A stretch of 63,435 nucleotides of DNA, the filler included, from Phoronis australis (lineage: Eukaryota; Animalia; Phoronida), in assembly GCA_002633005.1 (NCBI GenBank). It is 8 parts of 8 records of this genome, joined end to end, with 100 filler letters (N's around TTAATTAATTAA, not from the genome) between each part and the next. Parts side by side here need not be neighbours in the genome. Positions count along the whole stretch, not along the records: positions 1 to 7,368 come from NMRA01000921.1; positions 7,469 to 16,230 come from NMRA01001868.1; 6 more parts are not named here. One strand, 5' to 3'. Both the position numbers and the translations under genes were made by a program. The notes beneath the pieces were generated by a model. It was not told the DNA's origin, made no database searches, and saw only the letters and a program-made list of their open reading frames with translations. How positions within the stretch are numbered: position 1 is the first letter of the stretch; each line of letters starts with the position of its first letter. This document shows positions 1-13,800 of this stretch, piece by piece.

Positions 1-1344
1 ATAAGTTAACAATATCACCTGAATTATTCTTTTAACATACAACTAAGCTCCATTGAAACATCTATAAACAACAGGCAGTGACTAAATCAAATGTCAATAA
101 CTTTTAAAACATCGCTTATGGCCCAGTGCATGCCGAACTTGACTCCAGGAATAGTACACTAACCAGAAAACTGATATTTCGATAGTTAGCTTGCATTTAT
201 AATGGTACACCTGTGAAGACAACTAAGATGGCTATCTTTGTAGTCATACCCAGAGAGTGCTAGCAGTGGATGAGGTTGGTCGGTGGATAACAGCGACTGA
301 AGAATAGCTAGAATATTTATGTAGTTACTGCAACCAAAATTGTCCAGAGGTTCCAAATCTTCAGTTTGGCTATCACCATATCTGTACTTATATATATATT
401 TTATGATTTGAGTTCTAATAAGATTGAACTTGAACTAATGGTATGTGTAGTTTTGTTTGCTATGACATGTTTGGTGTAGCTGTAATCTGGAAAATTCACG
501 GATGGATTCACAATACTGACTTCTAAGTTGTTTGATAATTCGTTTAAACACAAAATAAAAAGATAGCAACCCTACGGTAACCGGTAAGAAAAAAACAAGT
601 AGGCAGGAATATTAAAATAAAGTAATGAAAACAGGTATGAAACATATTTAAAACAAACCTTTGGGAAGTGGCCCTTTGTCAAGATCAATGCAGACTAACT
701 TTTTAGTCTTTTTGTAATATTCAAAATGTACCAAATTAAAACTGCTTTCCACATTGCAGGCATTAACTCTGTGCAAATGCCAGAGAAAATGAATTTGAAT
801 GTAATAAGGATCACCATTGTTAAGAAAGTAATGCTAGTTATTACCTTTCCACTTTATTAGCTCAGATCTACATCAATACAAAGGGCTTGCTGATCAGTAT
901 CATAAAAGTTGTCTGGGAGAGTGGTAACCAGTGTAAGCAAGAAATTCTCCACATGTGGAGTACAGGAAGGGCAACTGGAAATAGGCAGTTCAAATAAATG
1001 TGAATTTATTAAATGTGATCTTGTTAATGCGTGAGGAGCATGTGAATTGTTAAAGCAATTATTCAAGAAGAATAATTGTGCAGCTTCACTGTTCAGTTCA
1101 CTCCATATAGAGAAAGGTACACAAATGGGAACTCGTAGAAGAGAGAGAATATGCGGCATATGCAATCTGAGTAAATTCAAGATGTCAATATCATATCTCC
1201 TGTGTCGATGCCTAGTTCATAGAGACGTTAGAAAAAACCTAGCTGAGCTTGTGAATGTTCTGGGTTAATTGTTCTAAAACCCCTCAACGACTCGCTCAAC
1301 CCACAACCTTGACCCACGACCTCCTTAACCCACGGCCCCCTCGA

Positions 1345-1812
1345 CAGGCCTTTATGCAGCGTACGCCCTGGGCGTCCAAATGGACACCCTAGCACGTGAC
1401 TAATATGGACGACCTGGCGAGGACGTCCAATGTATCATTTGATGCCCACTATCAATAGGATCCTTTCAAGTTTGGACACACACATTGTAATGATTACTAG
1501 GATCAAAGCCTATGAAGACTCACAGTGGTACTTGGCTCTTTTTTCAAAGCAGGAAGACACAATGTATATACAAAGTACATACAATGTTGCTATGCTAACA
1601 CATAGCATTGTAAAAGTCAAGTGTTTTGGTAAAATTGCTCACAACAGAAGGCTGTTTGTAAACTTCGAGGTAAAAACCTTGGTCTATGCATATTTTTGTA
1701 AAAAAAATCTGTGTGTTTGGGGGGATTACTGAGGGTGGGGGGTTACGCGTCGGAATATTGGGAACCCCATGTTGGACAGTACCCTATTTTCGAAATCCTG
1801 GATAAAGGCCTG
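1345..1812. mobile_element. hAT-type MITE (468 bp)
   Basis: Terminal inverted repeats (TIRs) CAGGCCTTTAT(G/C)CAG at both ends. Perfect 8-bp TSD CCCCTCGA at 1337-1344 and 1813-1820; 8-bp TSDs are typical of hAT. No ORF. Confidence 0.85.
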
Positions 1813-3673
1813 CCCCTCGACCCACGTCCTTCAACCTTGGACTATACACAAGCGTGACTCGATCTGAACTTAGAACAAACACTGACAATGCAGGAGCAAT
1901 GAGTTGGACCGTGAGCACAGCTGGATTTTAGGTTTTTTGCAATTAAGAGAGTGGGATTTGGCAAGTTTGAAAGCCAAACACTAGAAAAAAAAACAATGCG
2001 ACCAAATCAAATCAAAGACTAGCTACCACATTACAAATCTCATTCCTGGCAAAGTGTACTCTCAGATCTGCTGTAAATATTCTGATATATGTATACATAT
2101 ATATATATATATATATATATAAACAAAAAATATTTCTCATCACGGCAAGAATAAAATCCTGACACGTCGTCGGGAGATTGTAGCCACTAACAAGGGCATT
2201 TGCAAAGGCCAGGACGTTTTAAAAATAAAAACGCTTCGTAAACACGCAAGTTGAGGCGTGCAAGTTCAATGTCACAGTTGGAAGTTGAACAACATGGTCT
2301 AACTAAACCAGAGCATATGTTACGCTACAACGAAAAACTGCAGCCTTCCGTGTATTTCCCATTTGTATTTTCATCAGAAATTTTCGTCATGCGAGACTCG
2401 GTGACATTTTTCATAGCTAAAGCGGCAAACTCAAGCTAAACGCAAGACAATCGAGTAACGGTCATGACATCGTCAAGACAAGGTAAAAATTACAAAGCCC
2501 GNAAACTGCAGCCTTCCGTGTATTTCCCATTTGTATTTTCATCAGAAATTTTCGTCATGCGAGACTCGGTGATTTTTTATAGCTAAAGCGCCAAACACAA
2601 GCTAAACACAAGGTAAAAATTACAAAGCCCGTTACACCAATTCTCAGATTCAAGCCTTATAGAGTAGTAATCATCCGTTGAACGCTTTAGTGACACGGGA
2701 GTTGCGTCGATCCCAAATTAGCGTTTCTAAGATTTTCCTTGTCCGAAAGTCGCGGGACAAAAATCCGACGTTTATGACATTGTCCGAAATTCGAGGATCA
2801 TTGAAAAACAGTTTTTGGACCTTGTACGAATTTCGTGGACTATGAAAAACTCATTTTTGAAATATTTATTCTTGGTCGAAAATGGCGGGCCGTCCGAAAA
2901 TCACGCGACTTTACCGTACTGAGACTGAACTAGATTGATGTATGGTTCATTAAATTATTGAAAATTTCGTGCAATATAATTTATATTGTTGTACGACAAC
3001 AAAATAAAATGAATAAAATTTGCCTTTTCTCTATTCAATTCATCATTGTTCACTGGTGCTCCGCCTATTTTATAAAAAACTAATGTCAAGACAGTTGCCT
3101 GGTCCCTGACTGTATTCAATTACTGTGCATTGCAGGATAACCAGGCAGTACTGAATGTTGGTCAGGTCACTAAGCGAACGCAAGAAAGTAAAAGGGATAT
3201 GTTTAACAAGGGATAAGTTCAACATCCGATGTTAAATTATTGTTTTTCCTGTCGATCCACAAACATCGACAGTACCTAGGTTAAATTTTATATTGTGTAT
3301 TCATTTTTCCTAGTGATTTTTGTGTAGCGGTGAGGTTTTCCTGTCAGGATTATATGTATGACAGCTCATAAGTGACCACTGTTGTACAATCGGTATAATC
3401 TTACCTCACAGCCAAGGAGAGCGGTACTCGGCGGAAGTCCGGAATATGGGAACTGGCGTGTCAACTTCATCAAATATTGATTGCAATTGTGCTGTGATTT
3501 CATAATTACTGTAGTTAGGTATATAGTTGTGGGTATGCTCCTACCCAGCTGGGGGGGCTTGAATTTTTGAGAATGTGGAGCTTTTACTAAAAAAAAATGG
3601 GTTACGTTCAAAGCTATAAATTGTGCATTTGCCGAATTTTAGTAGTTCCTGCCTTTTCAGTGAACTTCTGTCT

Positions 3674-3895
3674 TACTGTTACGAAATTGATCTCAAATTG
3701 TCCCTCAGTAAAAAATGTCATCTCTGGGCTATATTGATAAAAACTGACAATAAGGGTAATTAGGCTCTACAAGTTGGCTTTTCACCACTGCCCCGTCATG
3801 CTCTCCACCACAAACGAACTGTCAGTACTTTGCAAGAGCAAAAATGACTACTCAACTGAGTTAGGAACAATTTGAGACCAATTTCATAGCAGTAG
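3674..3895. mobile_element. Small MITE / fold-back element
   Basis: About 28-bp imperfect TIRs: TACTGTTACGAAATTGATCTCAAATTGT versus the reverse complement of ACAATTTGAGACCAATTTCATAGCAGTA. Confidence 0.6.
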
Positions 3896-4059
3896 TGGTC
3901 TATAGAAGAATTTACATTCTTTTAGTTGATTAGTTATACTCATAACGATATCAATTCATAGTAGTCTAAATGAAAAGTTAGTTTCTTCGACAGAACGGGG
4001 TTTTATAGCTGCTTTGATTGCCAAGGTCTTGCGTAAATGTTGGTGTCGCGTTTTTGCAG

Positions 4060-7000
4060 GAATTGATGCCAACATGAAGTTCAGTATCCAGCCGTTCTCC
4101 ACAGAGGGCGCTTTTGACCAGTGGTGTGATGCCATGAAGGCAGTCACTCGTCTCCCGCTGGGAATACCAGACGAATTTAGGAAGAAGGTACGATAGGGTG
4201 TTGGTAGATAGAATTGTTTTTATTTTGTGGTAGATTTTGAAATGAGATTGAATTGTTAATTCTTGAAGATTTGGAAAGAAGGTAAGAAAGCGTGTTGAGA
4301 TTTACTGTGAAACCCTAGATAAGGCATGGCTCTGTATTTTATTTGAGTATGGCCTTATATTTGGGTTTGCTTGCATTCTGCCATGACGAAGCCATTAATT
4401 CACATATGGCTGTACCTCTTGCCGCATTTATAAGTGGATACAGTAAAATTTTCCCCATGTTAGGACTTAATGTGGTGGACAAGTGAAATTTTACTTTCTC
4501 ATTTTTGGGTAAAAGGAAGACATACCTAAATCAGTTCTTTACTAAGTTGTGTAGTAAACAATGCTTTGAACTGAACATTTACAACAATGCTACAACGCCT
4601 TGAAAATTGAAAAGATGGAAATTTTGACAATTATTTTGTCCGATATTTTAGTGAAATTTTACTGAAACTTGAGTTCAGAAAAACATGGATGTGTCCCAAG
4701 AATCCTAATAAGTGTCTTTTCACGCGACTATTGTAACCGAAAGGAAACCCGAATAAAGTAAGCCCACAAGATGATTACTGTATTTTATGCTGTGGTTGTG
4801 CTACTAGTGCCATCTATAAGTGGATGGGCAAACTTAAGAAAATTAACCTTGCATCAACGAAGCTATGAAGTACTTTTTCCACTCAGAGAAAGTACCTTTG
4901 TTTAGTGGCCCATGGTGTAGCTGCAGGAGGTATTAGAAACAGTGTCCTACTGCTTTACTTGTATAGTGTCACAGTGCTGTGGAGCTAATTCTCAAACTTG
5001 CCTCCAGGTGTGGTTAGCGTTGGCAGATAGTCACTTACGCCACCTACAGATTGACTGGGAAAGTACAGTGAAGTTTGCATTCAATGAGAGGAGTAATCCT
5101 GACGACAATGCACTCGGTCTGCAGATTGTTAAAGTAGGTCCTCCATAGGTGGCGACACTGTTCATGCTCTGTGAGATGTGTGTTTTGTAACAAATACCAA
5201 AGATTGATAAACTTTTGTGCTTAGGTGTATAGATAGAGTCGGTGTTCATTAAAAAGCTGAGATGTAGTAATTTTATTGTATCTTAATTTTTTAATAATCA
5301 CAGGGTTTTATATACTTAGTGTGGAACAGTTGTTGCAACTTTTGATGTCATGATTTAAAAAGGTCATTCCATGTAAACTAAACAACCTTAATTGACAGTC
5401 TCTCCTATGAAATGTCTTAAAGAAAATTTGTTCCCCAATTCCCCAAATTTGATACGTACAGTCTGCTGCAATGTATTGGTTTGCAACCTTATCAATAGGT
5501 GTCACTACCTTCTATCCTTCAATAGGATATTATCCCTTATGAAAGCACCTGTGCAGTTTTGGTCACAATATATTTACTTAAACTATTTATAAGACCAAAT
5601 ATTTCATTTGTTTTACTTTCACCAACACGATCCCTAATCATTGGGAAAATAATTTTTATATAAGAAATGGAGAAAATTTGCTCAATGTACAGCGAATTTA
5701 GGACACAACGTGGCCGACAAGTGAAATTTCAGTTTTCAAATGTAATTTGCACCAAATAAACGCTACATCATCTGACAATGTTTCTGAGAAATTGTGGGCA
5801 TTCGCAACAATATTGGAAGCCTTTGGAAATGAAAGAAAACCAATTTCAGCAACAATTCTTGTCTGAGATTTTACCATATAGGATAACATCCCACGTGTGT
5901 TTATCAACAGGATCTGCACAGGACCGGTTGTAGTGGGTTCAGCGGTCGGGATAATGAAGAGGACAGGGCTGTTCTGAAGAGGGTCCTACTGGGGTACGCT
6001 CGCTGGAACAAACATGTGGGATATTGCCAGGGGTTCAACGTATTAGCGGCTCTGATACTGGAGGTGGTGGATCGCAGAGAGGAGGATGCATTAAAGGTAG
6101 GTGTGCTGCGAGGGTTGTTAGGGTTCTATCAGGGGTACGCCGGCTGGAAGAAGCCTGTGGTATAATGCCAGCGGTTAAAAGTGTTAGCAGCTCTGGTATT
6201 TGATCGCGGAGAGGAGAATGCATCAGAAATGAGGCTGTGTGATAGGTGTCAGGGTCCTATTAGGGGTGCAAACTTTGCTACTAGCACACAAAGCTACAGC
6301 TAGAGGTACAACGTGGTAGTTGCTTGGATACCGAATGTCATAGACTACAGATAGAAAATTGCATTCTGTAAAGCTACAGCTAGAGGTACAACGTGGTAGT
6401 TGCTTGGATACCGAATGTCATAGACTACAGATAGAAAATTGCATTCTGTAAAGCTACAGCTAGAGGTACAACGTGGTAGTTGCTTGGATACCGAATGTCA
6501 TAGACTACAGATAGAAAATTGCATTCTGTAAAGCTACAGCTAGAGGTNNNNNNNNNNNNNNNNNNNNNNNNNNNNNNNNNNNNNNNNNNNNNNNNNNNNN
6601 NNNNNNNNNNNNNNNNNNNNNNNNNNNNNNNNNNNNNNNNNNNNNNNNGGGGTCATGTGATGCTGCCAGGGGTCATGTGATTCTCCCAGGGGTCATGTGA
6701 TGCTGCCAGGGGTCATGTAATCCTGCCCGGGGTCATGTGATGGTGCCAGGGGTCATGTGATGCTGCCAGGGGTCATGTGATACTGCCAGGCTCCTGCTAA
6801 TCTACATTTGTGTAACATGCAGCAACATATAAAAATAATGGATTAAGCCTTCCATCACTGACAAGTAACTCCATCTAGAGTTTGATCAGGCAACAAGCCT
6901 TATGCCCATTAGACCGAGAGCAATGTTGCTTTTGGGACATAAAATGAACTTATTTGAATAAGTATCCAGTGGCATGTCACCTCTTCTCATGTCCAGAATT

Positions 7001-7368
7001 GTTTTCTTACAAATTAGCATAAAATTTATAAGGCATGTGGTGACATGAAATTAATATCGCATTTGGGCTTTGATGTTATGAAATAGTTTGAACTGTTCTG
7101 CTAGAAGCAAAAATTTTAAATTTTCTTTGTTTCTGCACATAAGAGTCTTTTGTGAGTTGTGTGCTTTGCGGTAATTCATGCTAAGAGTTACCTGGCAAAT
7201 ACTGAGTAAAACCTTTATCATCATGGTAACTGTTTCCATAGGTGATGATCTACCTGATTGACCACGTGCTTCCTGAGAATTTCTTCTCCAATAACCTACA
7301 GGCCCTGTCTGTAGACATGGCAGTGTTCAGAGATTTACTGCGCCTCAAACTGCCCAAACTGTCACAAC
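4060..7368 (+). CDS. TBC1D30: TBC1 domain family member 30 (RabGAP), partial; exons 4060-4187, 5008-5133, 5911-6096, 7242-7368 (runs into gap)
   Basis: GT-AG exons join in phase to give ...MKFSIQPFSTEGAFDQWCDAMKAVTRLPLGIPDEFRKK|VWLALAD...FNERSNPDDNALGLQIVK|DLHRTGCSGF...LKRVLLGYARWNKHVGYCQGFNVLAALIL...ALK|VMIYLIDHVLPENFFSNNLQALSVDMAVFRDLLRLKLPKLSQ. TBC motifs IxxDxxR and YxQG are present and the sequence closely follows recalled TBC1D30. Confidence 0.93.
6291..6547. repeat. 80-bp tandem repeat (more than 3 identical copies, runs into gap)
   Basis: Unit AAGCTACAGCTAGAGG...GCATTCTGTA starts at 6291, 6371, 6451 and 6531. Confidence 0.95.
6649..6790. repeat. 20-bp minisatellite
   Basis: About 7 copies of GGGGTCATGTGATGCTGCCA. 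Confidence 0.95.
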
Positions 7369-7468
7369 NNNNNNNNNNNNNNNNNNNNNNNNNNNNNNNN
7401 NNNNNNNNNNNNTTAATTAATTAANNNNNNNNNNNNNNNNNNNNNNNNNNNNNNNNNNNNNNNNNNNN
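7369..7468. other. Artificial scaffold-joining spacer (N44-TTAATTAATTAA-N44); the 12-mer core recurs at 16275, 20554, 26239, 48940, 56557 and 61790
   Basis: An identical 12-mer with stops in all six frames sits inside N runs seven times. Genes are cut mid-exon at these points and unrelated genes resume afterwards. Confidence 0.95.
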
Positions 7469-7802
7469 TTTTTGGAGCTTTGAACCTGCTGGCCAATCTG
7501 TGTTGTCAGTGACCCCTGATCTCTGGGGTAACAGGCCAGTGGCACTGGACTAAACATTAGACAGCTTAAACTTAACATCATCCTGTTTATTAAGGTGAAG
7601 AGTTAACTTGGCCTCTTTTTTAGCGGTCTTAAACCATCTGCTCTCTTATTCCCTCCAAGAAGATCATTCTTGTGACAGGTTGGAGAGTTGGCTACAACGT
7701 CGAGGCATCACCTGGTAATATTATTAGTCCAAAAGAACAGATTTGTAAATGATCATCCTGAGGTCAATCGAGGTCAAAACTTTATCCACTTCTTCATTCC
7801 AG

Positions 7803-10800
7803 CCTATTGTCCAACAGGAGGCAAGCTGTGTGACCAATACATGTATGTTGATCAAATGAACGCTCACTATAAAAAGGTGCTAACCGCCAAGTGTAAGTAT
7901 AAGCTTGAAGTATTTATCAATACACTTATAGTGATTAAGTGAACACTTACTATGAGATATAGGTAAGAATTGTTATTCTTCTGACACGTCATATGTTGGT
8001 CACAACAATAGATGAAGAGAGAGATCAGACTTTCTACTATAAATAGCTTTAAAGCACATGGTTCATGTAGCGCCATATGGGCGGAATGATTGTAGGTGTG
8101 GAGAAGGGATATTGGTATATTAAATACAAAATGGTATATATTGGTATATTAAATACAAAATGGTATATATTGGTATATTAAATACAAAATGGTATATATC
8201 GGCATATTAAATACAAAATGGTATATATCGGTATATTAAATACAAAATGGTATATATTGGTATATTAAATACAAAATGGTATATATTGGTATATTAAATA
8301 CAAAATGGTATATATTGGTATATTAAATACATAATGGTATATATTGGTATATTAAATACAAAATGGTATATATTGGTATATTAAATACAAAATGGTATAT
8401 ATTGGTATATTAAATACAAAATGGTATATATTGGTATATTAAATACAAAATGGTATATATTGGTATATTAACCCTTATCCTGCTAAGCCTCTATTCAGAC
8501 AACTTTCCCTGTGTGCTAAGCAAAGTAGGTCACCACTGCTGCTATGCACTGGGCTGTTATGAAGATCACTCAGATTAATGACCTAACATTTTTAAATTGG
8601 AAATTTGAAGGGGTAATGTCAATTTCACATAAAAGTAGTCTGCACAAAAGTTGTTCAGAATTTAATGGAGTTTTTCACCATATACATATCTTTACCATCG
8701 TCTTGCTGTGAATAATTCTATTAACTTTCAAACTGGACACCCTTTGTTTTTATCTGTTTTCGCACATGAGAACATTATAGCTGACACTCAAAAACCGTAA
8801 TAAGCATTTTTAAAAGGGAATTCATGGGATTTGCATGTTTAACAAAGCAGATTTATTGTTTGTAACATCACATCTACAAACAAGAATGTACAGTATATAA
8901 CATAGGGCCTACCTCAACTTTGCACGATAACAAATTTATGAGTGGTGCAGTCGCTTGCTAAAGTCTGTTTTGAAGTTCACCTTGATATGCAAAAACTTGA
9001 AACACGGGTGGGGACACAAAGCTATTCTGTGAAAAAGTCACAAAAATATCTAGTTCTGAATGAGTTCCATCATGCGCGAAGGGCGTGAGCCAAGCATCGT
9101 CGTAGGCCCGTCCAAGTTCAGCTTCAGGGACCGGTAACTCCTCCAAAATTGCACTGAGATCCGAATCGATAGAATCTGCATTACTTGTGACTGTTGTATT
9201 AGTTTCCCAGTCACTGTCACCGTCACTTTGAGTGCCAATTCCAGCTTGTTTTCACTATCTGAGTCCATGAACACTTCCTCAAGAAACTGGTCAACAGTCA
9301 TCTTACCACGTTTGGCACCAGCCAAGATAAAACTTGCGTAAACTTTCAAATATCTCGGCAACAACTCACCACAGCCATATGTTGTAAATCAGAAAAATGT
9401 ACAGGAAACTATGGACTGTGGAATGCGCATGCTCACATATATAAACAGCATACGGGGCTTTCACAATTTCTGAATGAAAAACACCACTGTCCTGGGGTGA
9501 GTACACTCTCCTTGCGCAGTCTAGCCGTAGCTTATTATAGGCGATTGAGTACACCCTACGCATTTTAGTAGGATAATTGGCTTGTCGGCTGACCTCGCCT
9601 AGCGCAGGATAAGGGCTAAATACAAAATGGTATATATTGGTATATTAAATACAAAATGGTATATATTGGTATATTAAATACAAAATGGTATATATTGGTA
9701 TATTAAATACATAATGGTATATATTGGTATATTAAATACAAAATGGTATATATTGGTATTTTAAATACAAAATGCAGACAAATTTTTGGTTTACACTCAA
9801 ACAACAGAGATATCAGCCATCAAATGTCCCTGTTGAAAAAACGTTTCAAGTTTTCATTTTGATGGCTGTTATATCCGTTGTCCAAAGAAAAATAAAAAAT
9901 GTGAGACATAAATCATAAACTAAGTTTGCATGCTAATCAATCATCACTCTAAAGAGAAAATGACGTTCAAAAGTGCAGAAAACATCAAAAATTAAGAGGC
10001 CTAAAACTGGACAATTTGAGTTTGCCACATACTTGAAATCAAAGCAAGCCAAGTTGTACCGAACAATCTGTATAAATAACTTGTTTGAAAATTGCAATGA
10101 GTTGCAAGTAAAAATATAAGTATCATTATACAATTTTTGAATGTAGAATTTTTAGAAATCAATTTCCAAGAATGTTAACAATTATTGTATACCACTGTTA
10201 TAGCAAGACTTTGAAAAATGAAAAATGTCAAATTTTGCAATTTGTCTAAAATTAGTGAGATCTTACCATACTGGTGGTAATGTGTCATTATTTAACCCGT
10301 ACTTAACAATGTTCTTTTAGCTGCCATTGACAACAAAGTGCCCAAGTCCCATGTCTCTAGTACCTTAGGTAAGTTGTGCTGGCAGGTATTTCACTTTGAA
10401 TGAAAGAATGTCCTTCACCTTTGCTGAGTAATGAAACTCGATGATTTTCACTGGAAAATATTCTAGATACCTTGATTTGTTAAAAGTTTTGTGTGTTGAT
10501 GTGCCTCTGATTGCCATTTCCCATGTTTTGTCCTAGTAACCACCTTCTCTCGCTAAGTATTAATCACTGCATGTCAGAATCATGAATTCAACTTCCCAAG
10601 GAGGAAAAAATAATTTACAATTGATGTTTATTTTATAAGTTTACTATTACTATGACCTGAGCTTGATGCATTTGATATTCCAACAGTGGTGAGGTGCAGA
10701 TGGGAATAGTCTGATGTAATGTACCTGCATTTTGAGAACCAATTGACGCCCGTCGTTCAGTGGAGAAAACTGGTTCTCATAATGTGGGCACATTATATCA

Positions 10801-13800
10801 GACTATTACTTTTTCTTTTTTTGTATCTCAAAAGGATATATTTTGAGATATATGTTAAATCATTCATAATTAGACAACAAGATAACATAATGTCAAAGTG
10901 TAGTCACCAGTGTCACATTTGATCTGTTGCTGAAGTTATTGTTGGTTGATGGTGTTCATGTTCACGCCTCAACACTAATCATATCTAGCCAAAAACAAAA
11001 ACTTCAAAATGGAATAAAACTCATTTGTTGTGGTAAATCTTGTTCTTGGACTGTGTTAGGTACATGATGTTATCATGTATAACAGGAACGTTAAATTATC
11101 TTATGAAGAACGACATTATAAAAAGGTCCACTGAAAATCATGAATCATAATGTAGGCTTTGAGAGATGGTGCGACATGTAGCGCTAAAAATTATGTCATT
11201 ACTCGATTTGAGTTTGGCAAATAAGGCTGCTAAAATTCAAATCAAACTGATTTTTCTGTATGTTATGCATCGAAACAAATCACACGTGATGATATTTTAC
11301 CTGGATATCAAAAGTTTCTGAAGCCACATGTCCATGCATTCTTTAACACTAATCCTGGATCTGATTTTTCCAGGGACACTAATTATATGTTTTCAAGTTA
11401 TATTATCATTGGGAAAATGCAGGGACCCAAGGACACGCAGCTCTGGGGATTTTTTGTACTCGAATCAATGACTGATTCGTTTTGATGTTTAAAATGCAAA
11501 AAATGATTTAATTTGAATTTTAGCCATCTCTTTTGCCAAACTCGGGTCCAACAACTTAAAAAGTGTATGAATGAATACAGTGAAAATGCAAGCCATTTGT
11601 TTCCTGATGCTTCCATAAAGCAAATACACAAAAAATGACAAAATGTAAAAAAGCACTTTTTACACTGTCACTGTATGTATAGTTATTACACTGTCACTGT
11701 ATGTATAGTTATTACACTGTCACTGTATGTATAGTTATTACACTGTCACTGTATGTATAGTTATTACACTGTCACTGTATGTATAGTTATTACACTGTCA
11801 CTGTATGTATAGTTATTANGGAAGTTGTTCATTTTTGACCTGCCTAAGCAGTGCTCAATAAATGAAACTTTAAGTATTCATTGTTTTGAAGAGCTTTTGT
11901 ATCTTATAATTATGGTGTTATTCTTATTATCATTTCAGGATGAAGACATGGCTTTGGTGGATGCAATAATAAATGACACAATCAATTCACCGCGGTCATA
12001 CCGCAGTGGAAGAGATGGCGAACAGGAGAGTATGGGTGGGTACTTCAATTGTTAGCTTTGTTGTCATGGTAAAAACTGAGTATAGTCACCTCTTGAAGTG
12101 GATTTGCATTTTTATGTTAGCATGTAATGTGCTGACTCTGTCGAACTCGTAAAGGTTACGCCAGATCTTTGTTGCAGGTGAAAATATACTAACTAAATTC
12201 TTCAATAAATATAAAAAATAATTGCGAGCAGTCTGGTACACGTTGTAACAGACGTGCGCAGCCCTCTCAAGTGGGCCTATTGCACTGATCACTTGGAACC
12301 ATTTTTATGCTTTATTGATATGGAGATAAAACTGAGCTGAGGAGCAAGAAACCTGACTCAAGGGTCTGGGAGTGTGAGTAATTGAAGTGTACACTTATCC
12401 CACTAGACCGTACTGCCTCCTCCAATAAATATCCATTAATTGTATATTTTTAGAAAGTGGTAAGGGCGGGGAATAAGATGGCAGCAATAACATCAAATTC
12501 TGAAATTTTCTCATGTGTTATGTGATGTCATCATGTTTTTAAAAACAAAGCTTTTACAAAAAAATTGATTTCGGAACACAAATAATATTATATACTTTCG
12601 TGGGGTTCAAACTCGCAAATGCTCTTGTATTGAAGAATTAAGCTCTGTGTATAATATTGAAAAGTTCTTACGCAGTCATTGAGTTACGTACCAGTCAAGC
12701 TGTTGGATGGGTGATGTCCAACACCATTAGTTTGACAAAGGCCGTAGAACCCAGAGCGGAAAATGTTATCTGGTATGTAACTCATTGACTGTGTGTCAAG
12801 AACTTTTCAGCATTTTATATGCGCCAGTCAAGTGAACTTGTTTCGTGATTTGGGTTCTGTATAGTTTGAATTGCAAAGAAGGTCCAGCATAACCTTGACT
12901 ACAAAGCATGCATTAGTCACATTCAACCTGAGAAATTTTTATCCAAATTCCAGTGTAGATCTGACTTTTGCACCTTCTACCTGTGTGTGCTTTACTCTAC
13001 TGCGCTTTCTACATCAATGTTTATTGGGATGATCATCAATTGCAAGAAAGGGGGTTCATTACGGACTTGAAATTCTTCACAGATTTCGCTAGGATGTTTG
13101 CATAAGAATACACTTTTATTGGTGAAAATGATGTCTTTTGGATCAAAATATGTACACGATGTGTCTGTACACAAGGAGGTCAAAGAGTTGCCACTAACAG
13201 ATTATCATTATGCAATCGATTATAAAAGCCTTTACAAATCCGTTCATTCTGTATTAAAGTTTGTGCCATTCTTCTGTTACAGGCTGGGCAAAAAGGGTCA
13301 CCATAACAACCCGCAAGCCGCCCACCCCTCGAAGACAAAGTGCTGACATTCTGGACAAGCGGGGACACAAGTTCACCGAGCCCGAGAAGCCGTTTACCCC
13401 TCGCACTTTAAAAAAAGATCAGGTGACGTCACGTCTGAGTCAACTGAAGAAGTTCTACCGCCCTCCGCCATCCAAAAAAGTCAGCGAATCAAGACCTTCG
13501 GATGAGAATGGACCTAACTCTGTCAGTGTACACAACGATCAAGACATAGCCACCGAAAATGGCAGCATATTTGACGAGACATTGATGAGCCGGGATTTCA
13601 ATCGTCTGAAGAAAACTGGCACAGTGCCAGCACTTGATATATCACTGGATACAGACAATCTGAAGTGGATGAAAGAACAGTCATCAAAGATGAGTGACAG
13701 AGAAGGGCGTCCAAATCGAGACAGGAATTTGAATACAACGAAGAAGTTGCAAAAGGATTTTATGAAGCAGTCTATGTATGAAGAAGATGAAGGGAAGCTC

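Noticed and set aside
6291-6547. Regular 80-bp repeats (and the other arrays) as a CRISPR array
   Set aside because: The units are contiguous and identical with no unique spacers, there are no cas genes, and the context is a eukaryotic intron.
7413-7424. TTAATTAATTAA as a biological motif
   Set aside because: It is always centred in 44-N flanks and is a synthetic six-frame stop linker.
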